A DNA stretch of 64,000 nucleotides from a virus: positions 59,550-123,549 of the IMG/VR virus record IMGVR_UViG_3300025280_000023; one strand, 5' to 3'. The notes under the pieces are model-generated. The model was given only the letters and a program-made list of their open reading frames with translations, was not told the origin of the DNA and did not search any database. Position 1 is the first letter of the stretch, and every line of letters starts with the position of its first letter. Position numbers and translations under genes: made by a program. Shown here piece after piece: positions 46,565-55,801 of the stretch.

Positions 46565-47001
46565 ATGATTGTTCCATTTTGTTCCTTTACCTTTCCATCG
46601 GTGAAGAGGTAGCGCCAGTGGTGTCCATCCTCACCACGGTACTCGATATGACAACCGGTGTCAATAGCAGGGGCGAGAGCTTCCCAGAGTTGGGCGTCGT
46701 CACCCCACTTCTCTCCTCTAAAGTAACTAAAAACGAGGGCTCCCGTGCCCTTGTCCGTATAGAATTCGTATCTCCACTCAGCCAAGGCGGCCACCAGATC
46801 GTTTTTCTCTAAGGCATTGATAACACTATCGGTTCTTATCCAAGAGTAATGGGAGCTTAGGACCTCTTCCCCATTTGAAACCTTGCCGCTGCCCTGTTCC
46901 TCTACCTTGGTCATCAAGGCACGCACGCCGTCTACCGCGACTTGGAAGTATTCTTCTTTAATTGTGATATTCCCGCCACAATGTTCAATATAGTATCCCA
47001 C
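46555..47001 (-). CDS. hypothetical protein
   Basis: 148 aa; GEKW...LAP...IEYRGEDG..WRY. Confidence 0.8.
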   Translation of the reverse strand: MGYYIEHCGGNITIKEEYFQVAVDGVRALMTKVEEQGSGKVSNGEEVLSSHYSWIRTDSVINALEKNDLVAALAEWRYEFYTDKGTGALVFSYFRGEKWGDDAQLWEALAPAIDTGCHIEYRGEDGHHWRYLFTDGKVKEQNGTIIWE

Positions 47002-47250
47002 TTAAAACTCCTCTTTGTCATAGATAAGTTCTTCTAAAGTCCTGCTCCACAGGACAGGCCAAAAGAGCGCCCAACCGGTATCCTCGCTATTGAACTCTTC
47101 CTCTGCCATCTTACGAGCATTGGACAAAATCCCCCCACTAAACCCAGCTATAAAAAAGTAACAAAGTACGAATACAACAGGCTCTAGGTGGGTCATGATT
47201 ACCGCACAAATGATCGGCAGGGCGCACGCCAACGGTCTAAAAAACCCCAC
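47002..47250 (-). CDS. small membrane protein (tandem paralog A)
   Basis: MTHLEPxVFxLCYFxxAGFSGGIL...WALxWP. Confidence 0.78.
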   Translation of the reverse strand: MGFFRPLACALPIICAVIMTHLEPVVFVLCYFFIAGFSGGILSNARKMAEEEFNSEDTGWALFWPVLWSRTLEELIYDKEEF

Positions 47251-47508
47251 TTACTCCGACCCCTCAATTTCTTCCGAATAGACTAGCGTTTTTATTGCGC
47301 CACACCACAAGAGAGGCCAACAAAGCGCCCATGCGGCATCATTTACCCTGAATGCATCGCCTTTCGTTTTATGACCACCAAGTAAAATCCCCCCACTAAA
47401 CCCAGCCGTTAGAAAATAACAGAGCATAAACACAGCAGGTTCTAAGTGGGTCATAAAGGCCGCGCCGATAAACGGTAAGCTACACACTATCGGTTTAAGG
47501 AGTCTCAT
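47251..47508 (-). CDS. small membrane protein (tandem paralog B)
   Basis: Same motif as paralog A. Confidence 0.78.
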   Translation of the reverse strand: MRLLKPIVCSLPFIGAAFMTHLEPAVFMLCYFLTAGFSGGILLGGHKTKGDAFRVNDAAWALCWPLLWCGAIKTLVYSEEIEGSE

Positions 47509-47509
47509 C

Positions 47510-48121
47510 TTACTCTGCCTCCGTCGTGCCCGTGCTGTCTTGTGGCTCGGGGAGAGAAGGATCCAACAGGAACCCTTCCTTGATCTTGTGGGTCTCGTTA
47601 ATCAAATCAATGTTCACAACTTCACAAAACGTCAGGGAAGGGTAGTCGTGCTCCTCCTGAAGATCGCCCATCTCCAAGAATGTATCAAGGGCGGACGCAC
47701 CACTTGACGCCCTTATCCGCGTCCTATGCTTTTCAGTCCATTCAACAACAAACGTCACCTGTCCGTCACCAACCCCAAGTTCTCCCGCAATCCAATTAAC
47801 AAACGAATCACAACAGGTGCGACCGCCCACATGAAACTCATATGGATCCTTGCTTGCCCACAGGTCCGCTGGTTCAGGATAGCCAGGATCGTAAAGCCTA
47901 GTTGACTTCCAGTCATATACGGTGAACACATTGTTGTGCTCATCGGTGAATACCCATTCTTTGCTTACTTTATCTACACCCTCGGCTCCTGGGCCGAACT
48001 TCTCAATCATCTGCGGAAAGGTCGCCGTAAAGGTTCCCTTGAGAGAAGTCATACTAACATTTGCTCCAAGATCAAGCTTAAACACGGTTCCTCCTTGTGT
48101 CTTGCTCGTACCGTAGTACAC
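47510..48121 (-). CDS. hypothetical protein
   Basis: TSLKG...KVSKEW...FTVYDWK...FHVGG motif; start uncertain. Confidence 0.75.
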   Translation of the reverse strand: MYYGTSKTQGGTVFKLDLGANVSMTSLKGTFTATFPQMIEKFGPGAEGVDKVSKEWVFTDEHNNVFTVYDWKSTRLYDPGYPEPADLWASKDPYEFHVGGRTCCDSFVNWIAGELGVGDGQVTFVVEWTEKHRTRIRASSGASALDTFLEMGDLQEEHDYPSLTFCEVVNIDLINETHKIKEGFLLDPSLPEPQDSTGTTEAE

Positions 48122-48144
48122 ATTCCACGCCTTGTCAAGCGCTT

Positions 48145-48417
48145 TTAACTAAAAAACAATCTTTCTAAGTGTCGCTGGATTGGGACGCCTTCTTTTTCAA
48201 CCAAGTCTGCGAACGGGGTGCTAATGGTGCACCAAGAGCCGTCATCTCTAAGGCCCAGCCGAACATGCTGTCGTGTCTCTTTATTCTGAATGCAAACAAA
48301 CCCAAGGTCATCCACCCAGACTGATTCAGTTGGCAGATAGTGATATGCGGTACTCTCCGCGTCAGTTTGATTGTCAATCATTTTAAGTTGATTGCAGAAT
48401 ATTTCAACGGCTGTCAT
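48145..48417 (-). CDS. hypothetical protein
   Basis: 90 aa ORF in operon. Confidence 0.68.
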   Translation of the reverse strand: MTAVEIFCNQLKMIDNQTDAESTAYHYLPTESVWVDDLGFVCIQNKETRQHVRLGLRDDGSWCTISTPFADLVEKEGVPIQRHLERLFFS

Positions 48418-48611
48418 TCTTTATCCCAGTCCTCTTTAATCTTCTTCTTGTGTTTCGCTTTTCTATGTGTCTTCTTGACCACATCTTGATCGCGGTTGTG
48501 GTGCGGACCTGCGCGGTTGCTTGTGCGGTTCTCCGCATCCCACCGAGCAGCAGGGCTTCGTCGCTTCGCCTTCTTCTTTTTTGCGAATGAAACCCTCACC
48601 GTTCTCTCCAA
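48414..48611 (-). CDS. small basic protein
   Basis: Lys/Arg-rich, RAGPH...RKAKHK. Confidence 0.68.
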   Translation of the reverse strand: MERTVRVSFAKKKKAKRRSPAARWDAENRTSNRAGPHHNRDQDVVKKTHRKAKHKKKIKEDWDKE

Positions 48612-49010
48612 TTAGTTCTTGATCCTCTTGGTGCTCAAGGGGTTATTCATAACCACCTGGGCTTGAAACGCTATCATGGACGCCGCCGCCTCGTCAAGCT
48701 TCTCCGCCAAATACTGGTTTTCTTCAACCAACGATACAAAGATCTTGTTCAGCTTGGTTAGTGTTCGCATGTGTTCAATTTCACCACGATCACTTAAGAA
48801 GTTCATGACGCCAACCAGCGAATCTTGGAATTCATCCTTAAGCCTCTCGTTCTCTTCCTCTCGAAGCTTTGGATCAAATTCAACCATGTTGTAATTAGTG
48901 TTCGTAATCATAACCATCTGGAATTTCCGGCCACCTCCATACCATAGTTCCCGAAGGGAGTTTGTCAACCCCAAGCCACATTCGGGCCTTGCTTCGTGCG
49001 TTTTTCTCAT
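48612..49010 (-). CDS. hypothetical protein
   Basis: ORF in operon; true start likely near 48888. Confidence 0.6.
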   Translation of the reverse strand: MRKTHEARPECGLGLTNSLRELWYGGGRKFQMVMITNTNYNMVEFDPKLREEENERLKDEFQDSLVGVMNFLSDRGEIEHMRTLTKLNKIFVSLVEENQYLAEKLDEAAASMIAFQAQVVMNNPLSTKRIKN

Positions 49011-49077
49011 TGTTACAGTTAGTTACGCAAAAGGCGTAGACACCATCTTCCAAACAAACATTCCAAGTGGTACTCAT
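48895..49077 (-). CDS. hypothetical protein
   Basis: 60 aa ORF with AAGGA RBS. Confidence 0.6.
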   Translation of the reverse strand: MSTTWNVCLEDGVYAFCVTNCNNEKNARSKARMWLGVDKLPSGTMVWRWPEIPDGYDYEH

Positions 49078-49087
49078 TTTTTTATCC

Positions 49088-49375
49088 TTAATATTCCTCA
49101 GAGAATTCTCTGTCTAAGTAAGAATTGTTGCCATTCATATTCGGAAGCATCCGAATAAACGATTCACCATAAATAAACTTTCTGCCGACGCTGTGTTCAT
49201 ATGTCCAGTTGTCACCTGTCCATATAGGGCTTAAAACAATCACCCTGTCTTCTAAATCAGTGTCCACTAAATATGGAGTGTTTAAGGCATCAACATGTTT
49301 TCCCTCCATACGATAGCCTTTTTGCGATAACTTTTCAACAAAAATATCCAGGCTCGATGTTGCGTTATTGTTCAA
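49088..49375 (-). CDS. hypothetical protein
   Basis: 95 aa ORF. Confidence 0.65.
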   Translation of the reverse strand: MNNNATSSLDIFVEKLSQKGYRMEGKHVDALNTPYLVDTDLEDRVIVLSPIWTGDNWTYEHSVGRKFIYGESFIRMLPNMNGNNSYLDREFSEEY

Positions 49376-49399
49376 AATGCTTTCCTCTTCGTATTAATG

Positions 49400-49472
49400 T
49401 CGGCCCGGTGGGAATTGAACCCACGGCTTCGACTTTATAAGAATCGCGCTCTAACCCCTGAGCTACGGGCCA
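49400..49472 (-). tRNA. tRNA-Ile (TAT)
   Basis: Cloverleaf with loop CT-TAT-AA, TTCAA T-loop, U1-G72, CCA not encoded. Confidence 0.88.
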
Positions 49473-49490
49473 TTAACAATTGTCCTTCGT

Positions 49491-49697
49491 TCAGTCTTGT
49501 GGCCTATATGCTGTGTCCACAGCGTTCACGATACGATAGGTCTTCGATGTGCGAGACATCAACGCCTTCTGTTCAATATAGGCGCCGCCTACCGCTTCCG
49601 GAAACGTCATGGCCTCCGATTTAACAACCTTTCTGTCACCGGACTCCGGCTCCCACAAGAGAAACTTAAACGTTCTAATCAAATGCGAGTTACTCAT
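49491..49697 (-). CDS. hypothetical protein
   Basis: 68 aa ORF, GGAG RBS. Confidence 0.68.
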   Translation of the reverse strand: MSNSHLIRTFKFLLWEPESGDRKVVKSEAMTFPEAVGGAYIEQKALMSRTSKTYRIVNAVDTAYRPQD

Positions 49698-49914
49698 TGC
49701 TCCCTCCGAGCCCTACCATCCCTGGATCCATACCTAGCCTATCATAAAAATGGGTCATGTCAAGGATGGAGACCATGTGCCACTCATCGCCAAGCGCCTC
49801 CGCGTGTCCACTGGCAATCTCGCTCACCTCATCAAGAGTGTCAGCGTGCTCCTTGAACACTCGCTTGCCTTCTCCATCCTCATTAACGAATTGAAAACTG
49901 TATACGTTACTCAT
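49690..49914 (-). CDS. hypothetical protein
   Basis: 74 aa ORF, AGGAG RBS. Confidence 0.7.
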   Translation of the reverse strand: MSNVYSFQFVNEDGEGKRVFKEHADTLDEVSEIASGHAEALGDEWHMVSILDMTHFYDRLGMDPGMVGLGGSNE

Positions 49915-50161
49915 TGTTATTCTCCTTGTTTTTATTGGCTTCTTTTAAGTTGTTAAATGTTAGTCTATAGCCAACCCAAATACAGACTAATCCTACTATT
50001 GCTGCTGCCCAAGGCATTTTAATCCTTCTTATCCTGCTTAGTTCCACAGATACGCTCTATATGCCAATCAAATCGATCGGCCAAGATTTTGTATCCAAGC
50101 CAGATACAAGATATTCCTACTACTGTCGTAATCCAAGACATTCTAATCCTCCTTTGATATT

Positions 50162-50251
50162 TGGTAGGGATGGCCGGGATCGAACCGGCACGAGAACAAA
50201 GTCTCAGAGGCTTTTGAGGCCACCGCGTATACCAAATTCCGCCACATCCCC
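50162..50251 (-). tRNA. tRNA-Leu (CAA)
   Basis: Class II cloverleaf with long variable arm, loop CT-CAA-AA, encoded CCA. Confidence 0.9.
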
Positions 50252-50254
50252 ACA

Positions 50255-50446
50255 TTATTCACCCACACAAAACACTCGCTCACAATAAAGATTCACAGTG
50301 TCGTCTTCAACAGAAACATCCGCCGTGTCATTATGCACCACATCGGCTTGATGAACCGTGTTGTGGTGGTACACCGTTTCACACCCCGCCATCAGCAGGG
50401 CCGCTAGTACTAAAATCTTCATGCCTAGCCATCCTCCTTTGTTCAT
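50255..50446 (-). CDS. small putative lipoprotein
   Basis: MKILVLAALLMAGC lipobox; start likely at internal Met. Confidence 0.6.
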   Translation of the reverse strand: MNKGGWLGMKILVLAALLMAGCETVYHHNTVHQADVVHNDTADVSVEDDTVNLYCERVFCVGE

Positions 50447-50679
50447 CTGTTCAATTCATCCTTCGACCAGCCTCGTGGCTTATAAATGTGCTCCTCCAGA
50501 GTATAGCTGCTGCTATCTCCAAAGATCGCCGGGGCATAGTCACGGACTTCCGACTTATAGGAATTCTTATTCATTGGCCCAAATCCAGCATGTGCCAGTA
50601 ATTCATTAATCTTCTTAAGTGATAACCCCAGGTGTGCACCCACCATAGTTATCGCTCGTTCCTCAGGAACTTTCTTCAT
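50443..50679 (-). CDS. hypothetical protein
   Basis: 78 aa ORF, GGAGG RBS. Confidence 0.7.
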   Translation of the reverse strand: MKKVPEERAITMVGAHLGLSLKKINELLAHAGFGPMNKNSYKSEVRDYAPAIFGDSSSYTLEEHIYKPRGWSKDELNR

Positions 50680-50706
50680 AGCACCCCCTCCTTTTATTGG
50701 TTTCTT

Positions 50707-51078
50707 TCATCTTACCTTAAACTCTTCCCAATCGCCATTTCGATTGGTGTAACGAATCTTTTTAATCCCAGCTTCCTTAATATACCTCATACAATGCTCA
50801 CAGGGCCTCGCCATTGCGCGTCCACCGCCCTTTAGGAACCTAAGCACTTCCAGGGTATCGCCAGGCTTCGCAAAGCGTATAACGTTCATTTCTGCGTGCA
50901 TGTGGCTCCCGCTGGTTCCGTCGGGGTATACCCTCTCAAACCTGGGGTGTGTCTTGAAGGTGTTTTCACCTATTTTGACTACACTCTTTCCGCGTCTGAG
51001 GATGGCTGCCAAGTGATATACTCGACCATTCCCCATCGCTTTCTCTCTAGCTGTATAATACACCGGACATAAGTCCAC
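50707..51078 (-). CDS. cytidine/dCMP deaminase-superfamily Zn-dependent deaminase
   Basis: HAE...RPCEHC...GIKKIRY. Confidence 0.85.
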   Translation of the reverse strand: MDLCPVYYTAREKAMGNGRVYHLAAILRRGKSVVKIGENTFKTHPRFERVYPDGTSGSHMHAEMNVIRFAKPGDTLEVLRFLKGGGRAMARPCEHCMRYIKEAGIKKIRYTNRNGDWEEFKVR

Positions 51079-51090
51079 TCCTTTGCTTGC

Positions 51091-51327
51091 CTATATCTTT
51101 TTCGGCCTTCCAAACATATCGTAGATCATAAACCCCTCATTGTCAACAGGTGTTTTCGTAAAAATTGCCGGGGGGCCAATGGGCATCCTTGGAAGTAATC
51201 TTTTGCGTTTACCCCCTCGTGTGTGGTATGTTTGCGAACTTTCACTTTCAACCCTATACGCAGGATGGATATACTTCCCATCCGGGCTCTTCGCATTAAC
51301 CATCTCATGATAATGTTTGATGTCCAT
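51091..51327 (-). CDS. hypothetical protein
   Basis: 78 aa ORF in operon. Confidence 0.65.
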   Translation of the reverse strand: MDIKHYHEMVNAKSPDGKYIHPAYRVESESSQTYHTRGGKRKRLLPRMPIGPPAIFTKTPVDNEGFMIYDMFGRPKKI

Positions 51328-51728
51328 TAGAGTTCCTCAAAGGAGTCGTCTTTAAAGGGATCGTCTTCAAAGGAATCCTCACCATCCTCGGCTGGCTTAT
51401 CGTCATCCGCTGAATTAAGCAGTTGGACTCTTTTTATACTAATGTCTTCGGCCAGTTCGGTGTATTCAAACCACCAACCAAGCAGTTCGTCATCAGCCAT
51501 CCTAGAATACTGTAAGTCGTTTTCGGTCGGTCTGTCTTCTGGATACTCATTAAACCGATGTCGGTTTTCGTTTACAAGCATCAAAACCTTCTCTCGTGCC
51601 ACCTCTCCTGTGCTACACGCGTACAGAACGTCTCCCAAAACCTGGTTGTATTTTATAACCCAGATATACTTCAAGCTATCCATTCTATTCTCCGTTGAAA
51701 GAGCTTTCTTCATACTCACTACACTCAT
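51327..51728 (-). CDS. acidic hypothetical protein
   Basis: 133 aa ORF with DSFED/DPFKD/DSFEE tail repeats. Confidence 0.7.
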   Translation of the reverse strand: MSVVSMKKALSTENRMDSLKYIWVIKYNQVLGDVLYACSTGEVAREKVLMLVNENRHRFNEYPEDRPTENDLQYSRMADDELLGWWFEYTELAEDISIKRVQLLNSADDDKPAEDGEDSFEDDPFKDDSFEEL

Positions 51729-51925
51729 CGTGCTCTAGATAATCATCATGCTCATCATTCTCACCTCTCGCTGACTCTCGGAGTCTTTCGCGCTCTTGAT
51801 ATTCGTCAAATAACTCTCTCAATGATATGTCCCCCATACAATTTCTCCTTGTCCTCGTATGAATAACAGGCTAATCCCGCACTGTCAACGAAAAATTTCA
51901 CAAAGCCTCCCTAATTACTTATAGG

Positions 51926-52759
51926 ATGCTAGCATACGCAAAAAATCTCTTGTTTTCCGCTGTTTTCTTTCTAGTGTGTATTCTTTTAATGGTGTCTTGT
52001 TCCACACCAATCAAGCACAAAGGGGCGGCGTTTGAGTGGCCTAGACAATCTTTTGTCAAAGTGCAGCATGAAGTCTTCTCTATGACATGCTCGCCAGCAG
52101 ACCCAAATGATATTTATTCTAAGTGCTACGAATCGCAAATTACTGGCGAGGGCTCCGGGGCTATAGTCGGAAGATCCAAGTCCGGTTCTTATATCATTAC
52201 TGCTGGTCATGTGTGTAGCAAGGAGGGCGTTGAGCCAAGGATGAACGTCCCCGTTTATCCAATTGATGAAACGTCGAAGCGCGCTTTCTTTGTCTATGAT
52301 CTCGACTATAATAAACATCACGCAGAGGTTCTAGCCTATGAAGATCATGAAGACCTATGTGTACTTCATGTATGGGGTTATATTGGCGAACCTCTCAAAC
52401 TAAGTAGAAAGTCTCCTGCGCCCGGCGATCTCGTTTATAACATTGCTGCCCCAGGCGGCCTGTTCCAAAGGGAAATGGTCCCATTGCTTGAGGGCCGCTA
52501 CTGCGGTGAGTATAATCACTACGAACATGGCACGAAATCACTTTATACTGTTCCAGTTATGGCAGGCTCTTCAGGCTCGCCCATTCTAAACGAAAGAGGG
52601 GCACTTATCGGCATCGTCTCCGCTGGCAACTTGAGGTTTCACCACATTATGCTGGGCACCCGGCACTCCGAAACAATTGATTTTATTCAACACCAAATTA
52701 AAATCGATATCAAGATGCGCTCGGGCAAGCTCATGAGAAACCATATCGAGCTTGATTAA
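51926..52759 (+). CDS. trypsin-like (S1) serine protease, lipoprotein
   Basis: Lipobox MVSC; ITAGHVC, EDLC, GSSGSPILN..GALIGIV. Confidence 0.92.
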   Translation: MLAYAKNLLFSAVFFLVCILLMVSCSTPIKHKGAAFEWPRQSFVKVQHEVFSMTCSPADPNDIYSKCYESQITGEGSGAIVGRSKSGSYIITAGHVCSKEGVEPRMNVPVYPIDETSKRAFFVYDLDYNKHHAEVLAYEDHEDLCVLHVWGYIGEPLKLSRKSPAPGDLVYNIAAPGGLFQREMVPLLEGRYCGEYNHYEHGTKSLYTVPVMAGSSGSPILNERGALIGIVSAGNLRFHHIMLGTRHSETIDFIQHQIKIDIKMRSGKLMRNHIELD

Positions 52760-52760
52760 T

Positions 52761-53315
52761 TTAAGCATGTTGCCCGCACCAGGAATTCATTATAATCCCG
52801 CTGGTCGTTCCTACGTTAAGGCTCCTAACTGAGCCGAACTGTTTGATTTCTACTATGTCGTCTGCCAACGCCAATAGCTGGGGCGATACTCCCTGGCCTT
52901 CTTCTCCGAAAATCATCAGGGAATTTTTTGGCCACTTGTAATCGATTAGATTATATGGCCGCTTGCTATCGACTGAGTTGTTTTCAATTGCAACAATGTG
53001 GTACTTCTCTTTTAATTTCAGGAGGTTATCAATGCCCTCTGAATCATCGCCTAGATAATTAATGTTGATGTAGTGGTGTGTCCCAACGGCTCCTCTACGA
53101 TCCCACTTCTTTCTTCCAAGATAGAATACTTCTTTAGCATTGAACGCGTTGGCATTCCTGACCAGAGTAGAGAAGTTAAAGTCGCCTTGCCACTGCTCCA
53201 TTAAAACCGCGAACGAGTGCGCCTTGGACTGTAGGATCTCTTTAATTTGTTCCGTTGGAATGTCCTTGTATTCATCAATTACATTCCTAGTCCACCCAGT
53301 CCACTGCTCACTCAT
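52761..53315 (-). CDS. SpoU/TrmH-family RNA 2'-O-methyltransferase
   Basis: NFSTLVRNANAF, IFGEEGQGV, VRSLNVGTTSGI. Confidence 0.9.
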   Translation of the reverse strand: MSEQWTGWTRNVIDEYKDIPTEQIKEILQSKAHSFAVLMEQWQGDFNFSTLVRNANAFNAKEVFYLGRKKWDRRGAVGTHHYININYLGDDSEGIDNLLKLKEKYHIVAIENNSVDSKRPYNLIDYKWPKNSLMIFGEEGQGVSPQLLALADDIVEIKQFGSVRSLNVGTTSGIIMNSWCGQHA

Positions 53316-53601
53316 TTTCTGTTTGCTCCTCTTTAAACAATTCTCGGTGTCTCTCAAGGATCGCGTTCGCCGCCTCTTCCTTGTCCTCGAATCTACCAAC
53401 CATGGTGTTGCTTGTCAAGCGTGCCGTATAGGCACGACACCAACGTTCGCTATGAGGCAGGCGCAGGGTCTTGTCGGCCCGGAGTGCTTGCCAGTCGATA
53501 CCGGGCCTCTCAGTAATGCGTACTTGTATTTCTCCAATACACACGCAATTCCACCAGACCTTCTCTGCGCCTGTGTGCTTTTTCTTCGTATATTGAAACA
53601 C
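53308..53601 (-). CDS. hypothetical protein
   Basis: 97 aa ORF in operon. Confidence 0.65.
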   Translation of the reverse strand: MFQYTKKKHTGAEKVWWNCVCIGEIQVRITERPGIDWQALRADKTLRLPHSERWCRAYTARLTSNTMVGRFEDKEEAANAILERHRELFKEEQTENE

Positions 53602-53775
53602 TTCCCATCTCCGGCCATTTACTATCCGGCTTCCGATCTTCCGGATCTTCCACCACCATAAGACACATCAGACAAAAAAGCAAGACAAATAGCAACATCA
53701 TCAAGAGCAAGAGGACCCGTTCTATAGGCCCGTCCATTATCGGGGTCATGCAAGCGGGTTCCCATTCTACCCATT

Positions 53776-54261
53776 TCACTTCGAGTACTTATTCGCCACG
53801 CTTGTTGCAGCATAGGCATCTGGCTTGATCTTGCAATCAAAGCCACTTCCCTTTGCGTATCCCATTAATGAATCAGAGAATCTACTCGTCTTTGTTCCCT
53901 TCCCGGCACCACTCACATCCAAGTGCAACTCAATCGACACCTGCGGGCAATGGCTCAAAAGAAGCAGCCCCATGTGAACAGAGCGCTCCACCTCCACAGT
54001 AATCCTTTGAATAACGTTTTTGAACCGGCTCGCCTTTATCTTGCTTTTGCTTACAAAGAAGCGCCCGCCCATCTGGTCATCAGCGAAACAAAGACAAATA
54101 GAAGTTGCAAAATAACAGATCCCTTTCCTGGTGAAGCTATCCGTCCCCACTGATATGGTGCCGTTCTTCTCACTGTGTGCCGCGACCTGCTCAACAATCT
54201 GTTCGAATGTTATCTCATCCCCGCCACCAGTAACCCAACGCCGTTCTTTGAGATGCTCCAC
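53776..54261 (-). CDS. RNase H-like YkuK (DUF458) family protein
   Basis: VGTDS, EVERS, ELHLDV, IKPDAYAATSVANK. Confidence 0.85.
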   Translation of the reverse strand: MEHLKERRWVTGGGDEITFEQIVEQVAAHSEKNGTISVGTDSFTRKGICYFATSICLCFADDQMGGRFFVSKSKIKASRFKNVIQRITVEVERSVHMGLLLLSHCPQVSIELHLDVSGAGKGTKTSRFSDSLMGYAKGSGFDCKIKPDAYAATSVANKYSK

Positions 54262-54270
54262 AGATGCTCC

Positions 54271-55059
54271 TTACTCAAATGGAATAGTTGGTACATCGTT
54301 ATAAAGAACCAGCATAATCTTGTTCTCTATCAAGGCAGACCAGTAACCCTCTTGGATTAGTCTAATTCCCATATCTTTGGTCGTTACCAGCATCGACAAC
54401 GGCCACGAGTGGTTAGGGAAGTATTTAATGAATTCCCTATTGGGATCCGCATAGAGTTTATAATTCAACTTCTTGTCTGCCAAGTCAGAAGCCATCATTG
54501 CCCAAGCTTCCATGAATTCTAAATCAATATGAAATCCAGCCGAACCCGGCTCCACATTATCAAATGGTGCATCACCAATAATGTTGGTATTGCCCATTGT
54601 ATAAACAATCTCTAAGCCATCCTCATGATACTTCTCATATATCTCTATTAAAGCAGCCGTCTCCTTAAGACAAGGACCACACCAGCCCGCGCTGCTGGCT
54701 ATCAGAAGGGCTTTGTGCTCCCCGTGTGAGAAGTAGTCCGATAATTCAATCCAAGTGTCTTCCCAGGGGTCGTAGAAGCTCATATTTGGTATTACGCCGA
54801 ATAGCTCTAGTGCATACGGTCCTTCCGGGTATGTCTCTTCAGGCTCAGGCTCCACTTGCTCAGGTGCAATATCCAGCACATCAACAACGGGAACCTCAAG
54901 GACCTCAAGAGTCTCCGGCTCCGACTCCGTGGGCACATCATTTACTACATCACTTACAGCAGATACTTTAACACCAGGGGTGCCTAGATCATTCGTGGTG
55001 TCAGGGGGGTGTCCCATGCATCCAAATAGAAAAAATGGCACAATGGCGTAAGCTTTCAT
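54271..55059 (-). CDS. thioredoxin-like (TlpA/redoxin) lipoprotein
   Basis: Lipobox LFGC; YPEGPY; SAGWCGPC; TTGACA-N16-TACAAT promoter. Confidence 0.85.
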   Translation of the reverse strand: MKAYAIVPFFLFGCMGHPPDTTNDLGTPGVKVSAVSDVVNDVPTESEPETLEVLEVPVVDVLDIAPEQVEPEPEETYPEGPYALELFGVIPNMSFYDPWEDTWIELSDYFSHGEHKALLIASSAGWCGPCLKETAALIEIYEKYHEDGLEIVYTMGNTNIIGDAPFDNVEPGSAGFHIDLEFMEAWAMMASDLADKKLNYKLYADPNREFIKYFPNHSWPLSMLVTTKDMGIRLIQEGYWSALIENKIMLVLYNDVPTIPFE

Positions 55060-55116
55060 AGTGATTCCCCATGTAGTTTATGCCATTGTACCAAATTAGT
55101 ACGCGTTGTCAAATTA

Positions 55117-55692
55117 TTAGACGTTAGAGAACGCAATCGTACCGGCTGAGGAGCCATTACCCTGATTAAGAGTAACGGCTTCTACGGCCCAGCCATTAAG
55201 GGCTCCGGTCATATTTACAAACTTTACAGTTGTACCCGCTCCGCCGTCACCATTGGTGGCTCCAGTAATCGTAAGAGTATTATCGGAGGCGGCTGCCAAG
55301 TCGCCAACAGATGCAACCACTGCGCCGACTCGAACCGCAGTGGATCCAAGCGCAAAAGCCGTGTCCGTGGTCGTCGTATACGTATGGGCAGCCGCGTTAT
55401 TAATCGCTAGGCCATAAAAAACGGTAATAAAATCACCGATATCTCCCGCAGCAGCAGATGGAATCGTCATCGCCGTCGCGGCAGCGATTGATTTATAATG
55501 GGTGTTGACTGATAGTTCCGTAGCAGAGATGTCGGTCGGATTGACACCGGCTGTGCCTGCCGCTCGGAGGGTCTTGGCGTCACGTAGTCCTGCGGTATTC
55601 GTTACCTTTAAAAGCCCGCTTACATTTGTTGCGGCTTTAAGATTAACGGTGTTTTCAAAATCAGCTATCGCTCTTTCTCTTACTGTAGGCAT
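55117..55692 (-). CDS. putative virion structural protein
   Basis: Ala/Thr/Gly-rich beta protein; CTATTTA motif upstream. Confidence 0.65.
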   Translation of the reverse strand: MPTVRERAIADFENTVNLKAATNVSGLLKVTNTAGLRDAKTLRAAGTAGVNPTDISATELSVNTHYKSIAAATAMTIPSAAAGDIGDFITVFYGLAINNAAAHTYTTTTDTAFALGSTAVRVGAVVASVGDLAAASDNTLTITGATNGDGGAGTTVKFVNMTGALNGWAVEAVTLNQGNGSSAGTIAFSNV

Positions 55693-55801
55693 TTGAATCG
55701 TCCCCCTGTCTATAATAAACGTTCAGTCGTATGCTTCCCTATAAATAGCTACTTATAAAAGTAAAAGCACGAAAATACGAATCATTTAATTTCTATTGGG
55801 T

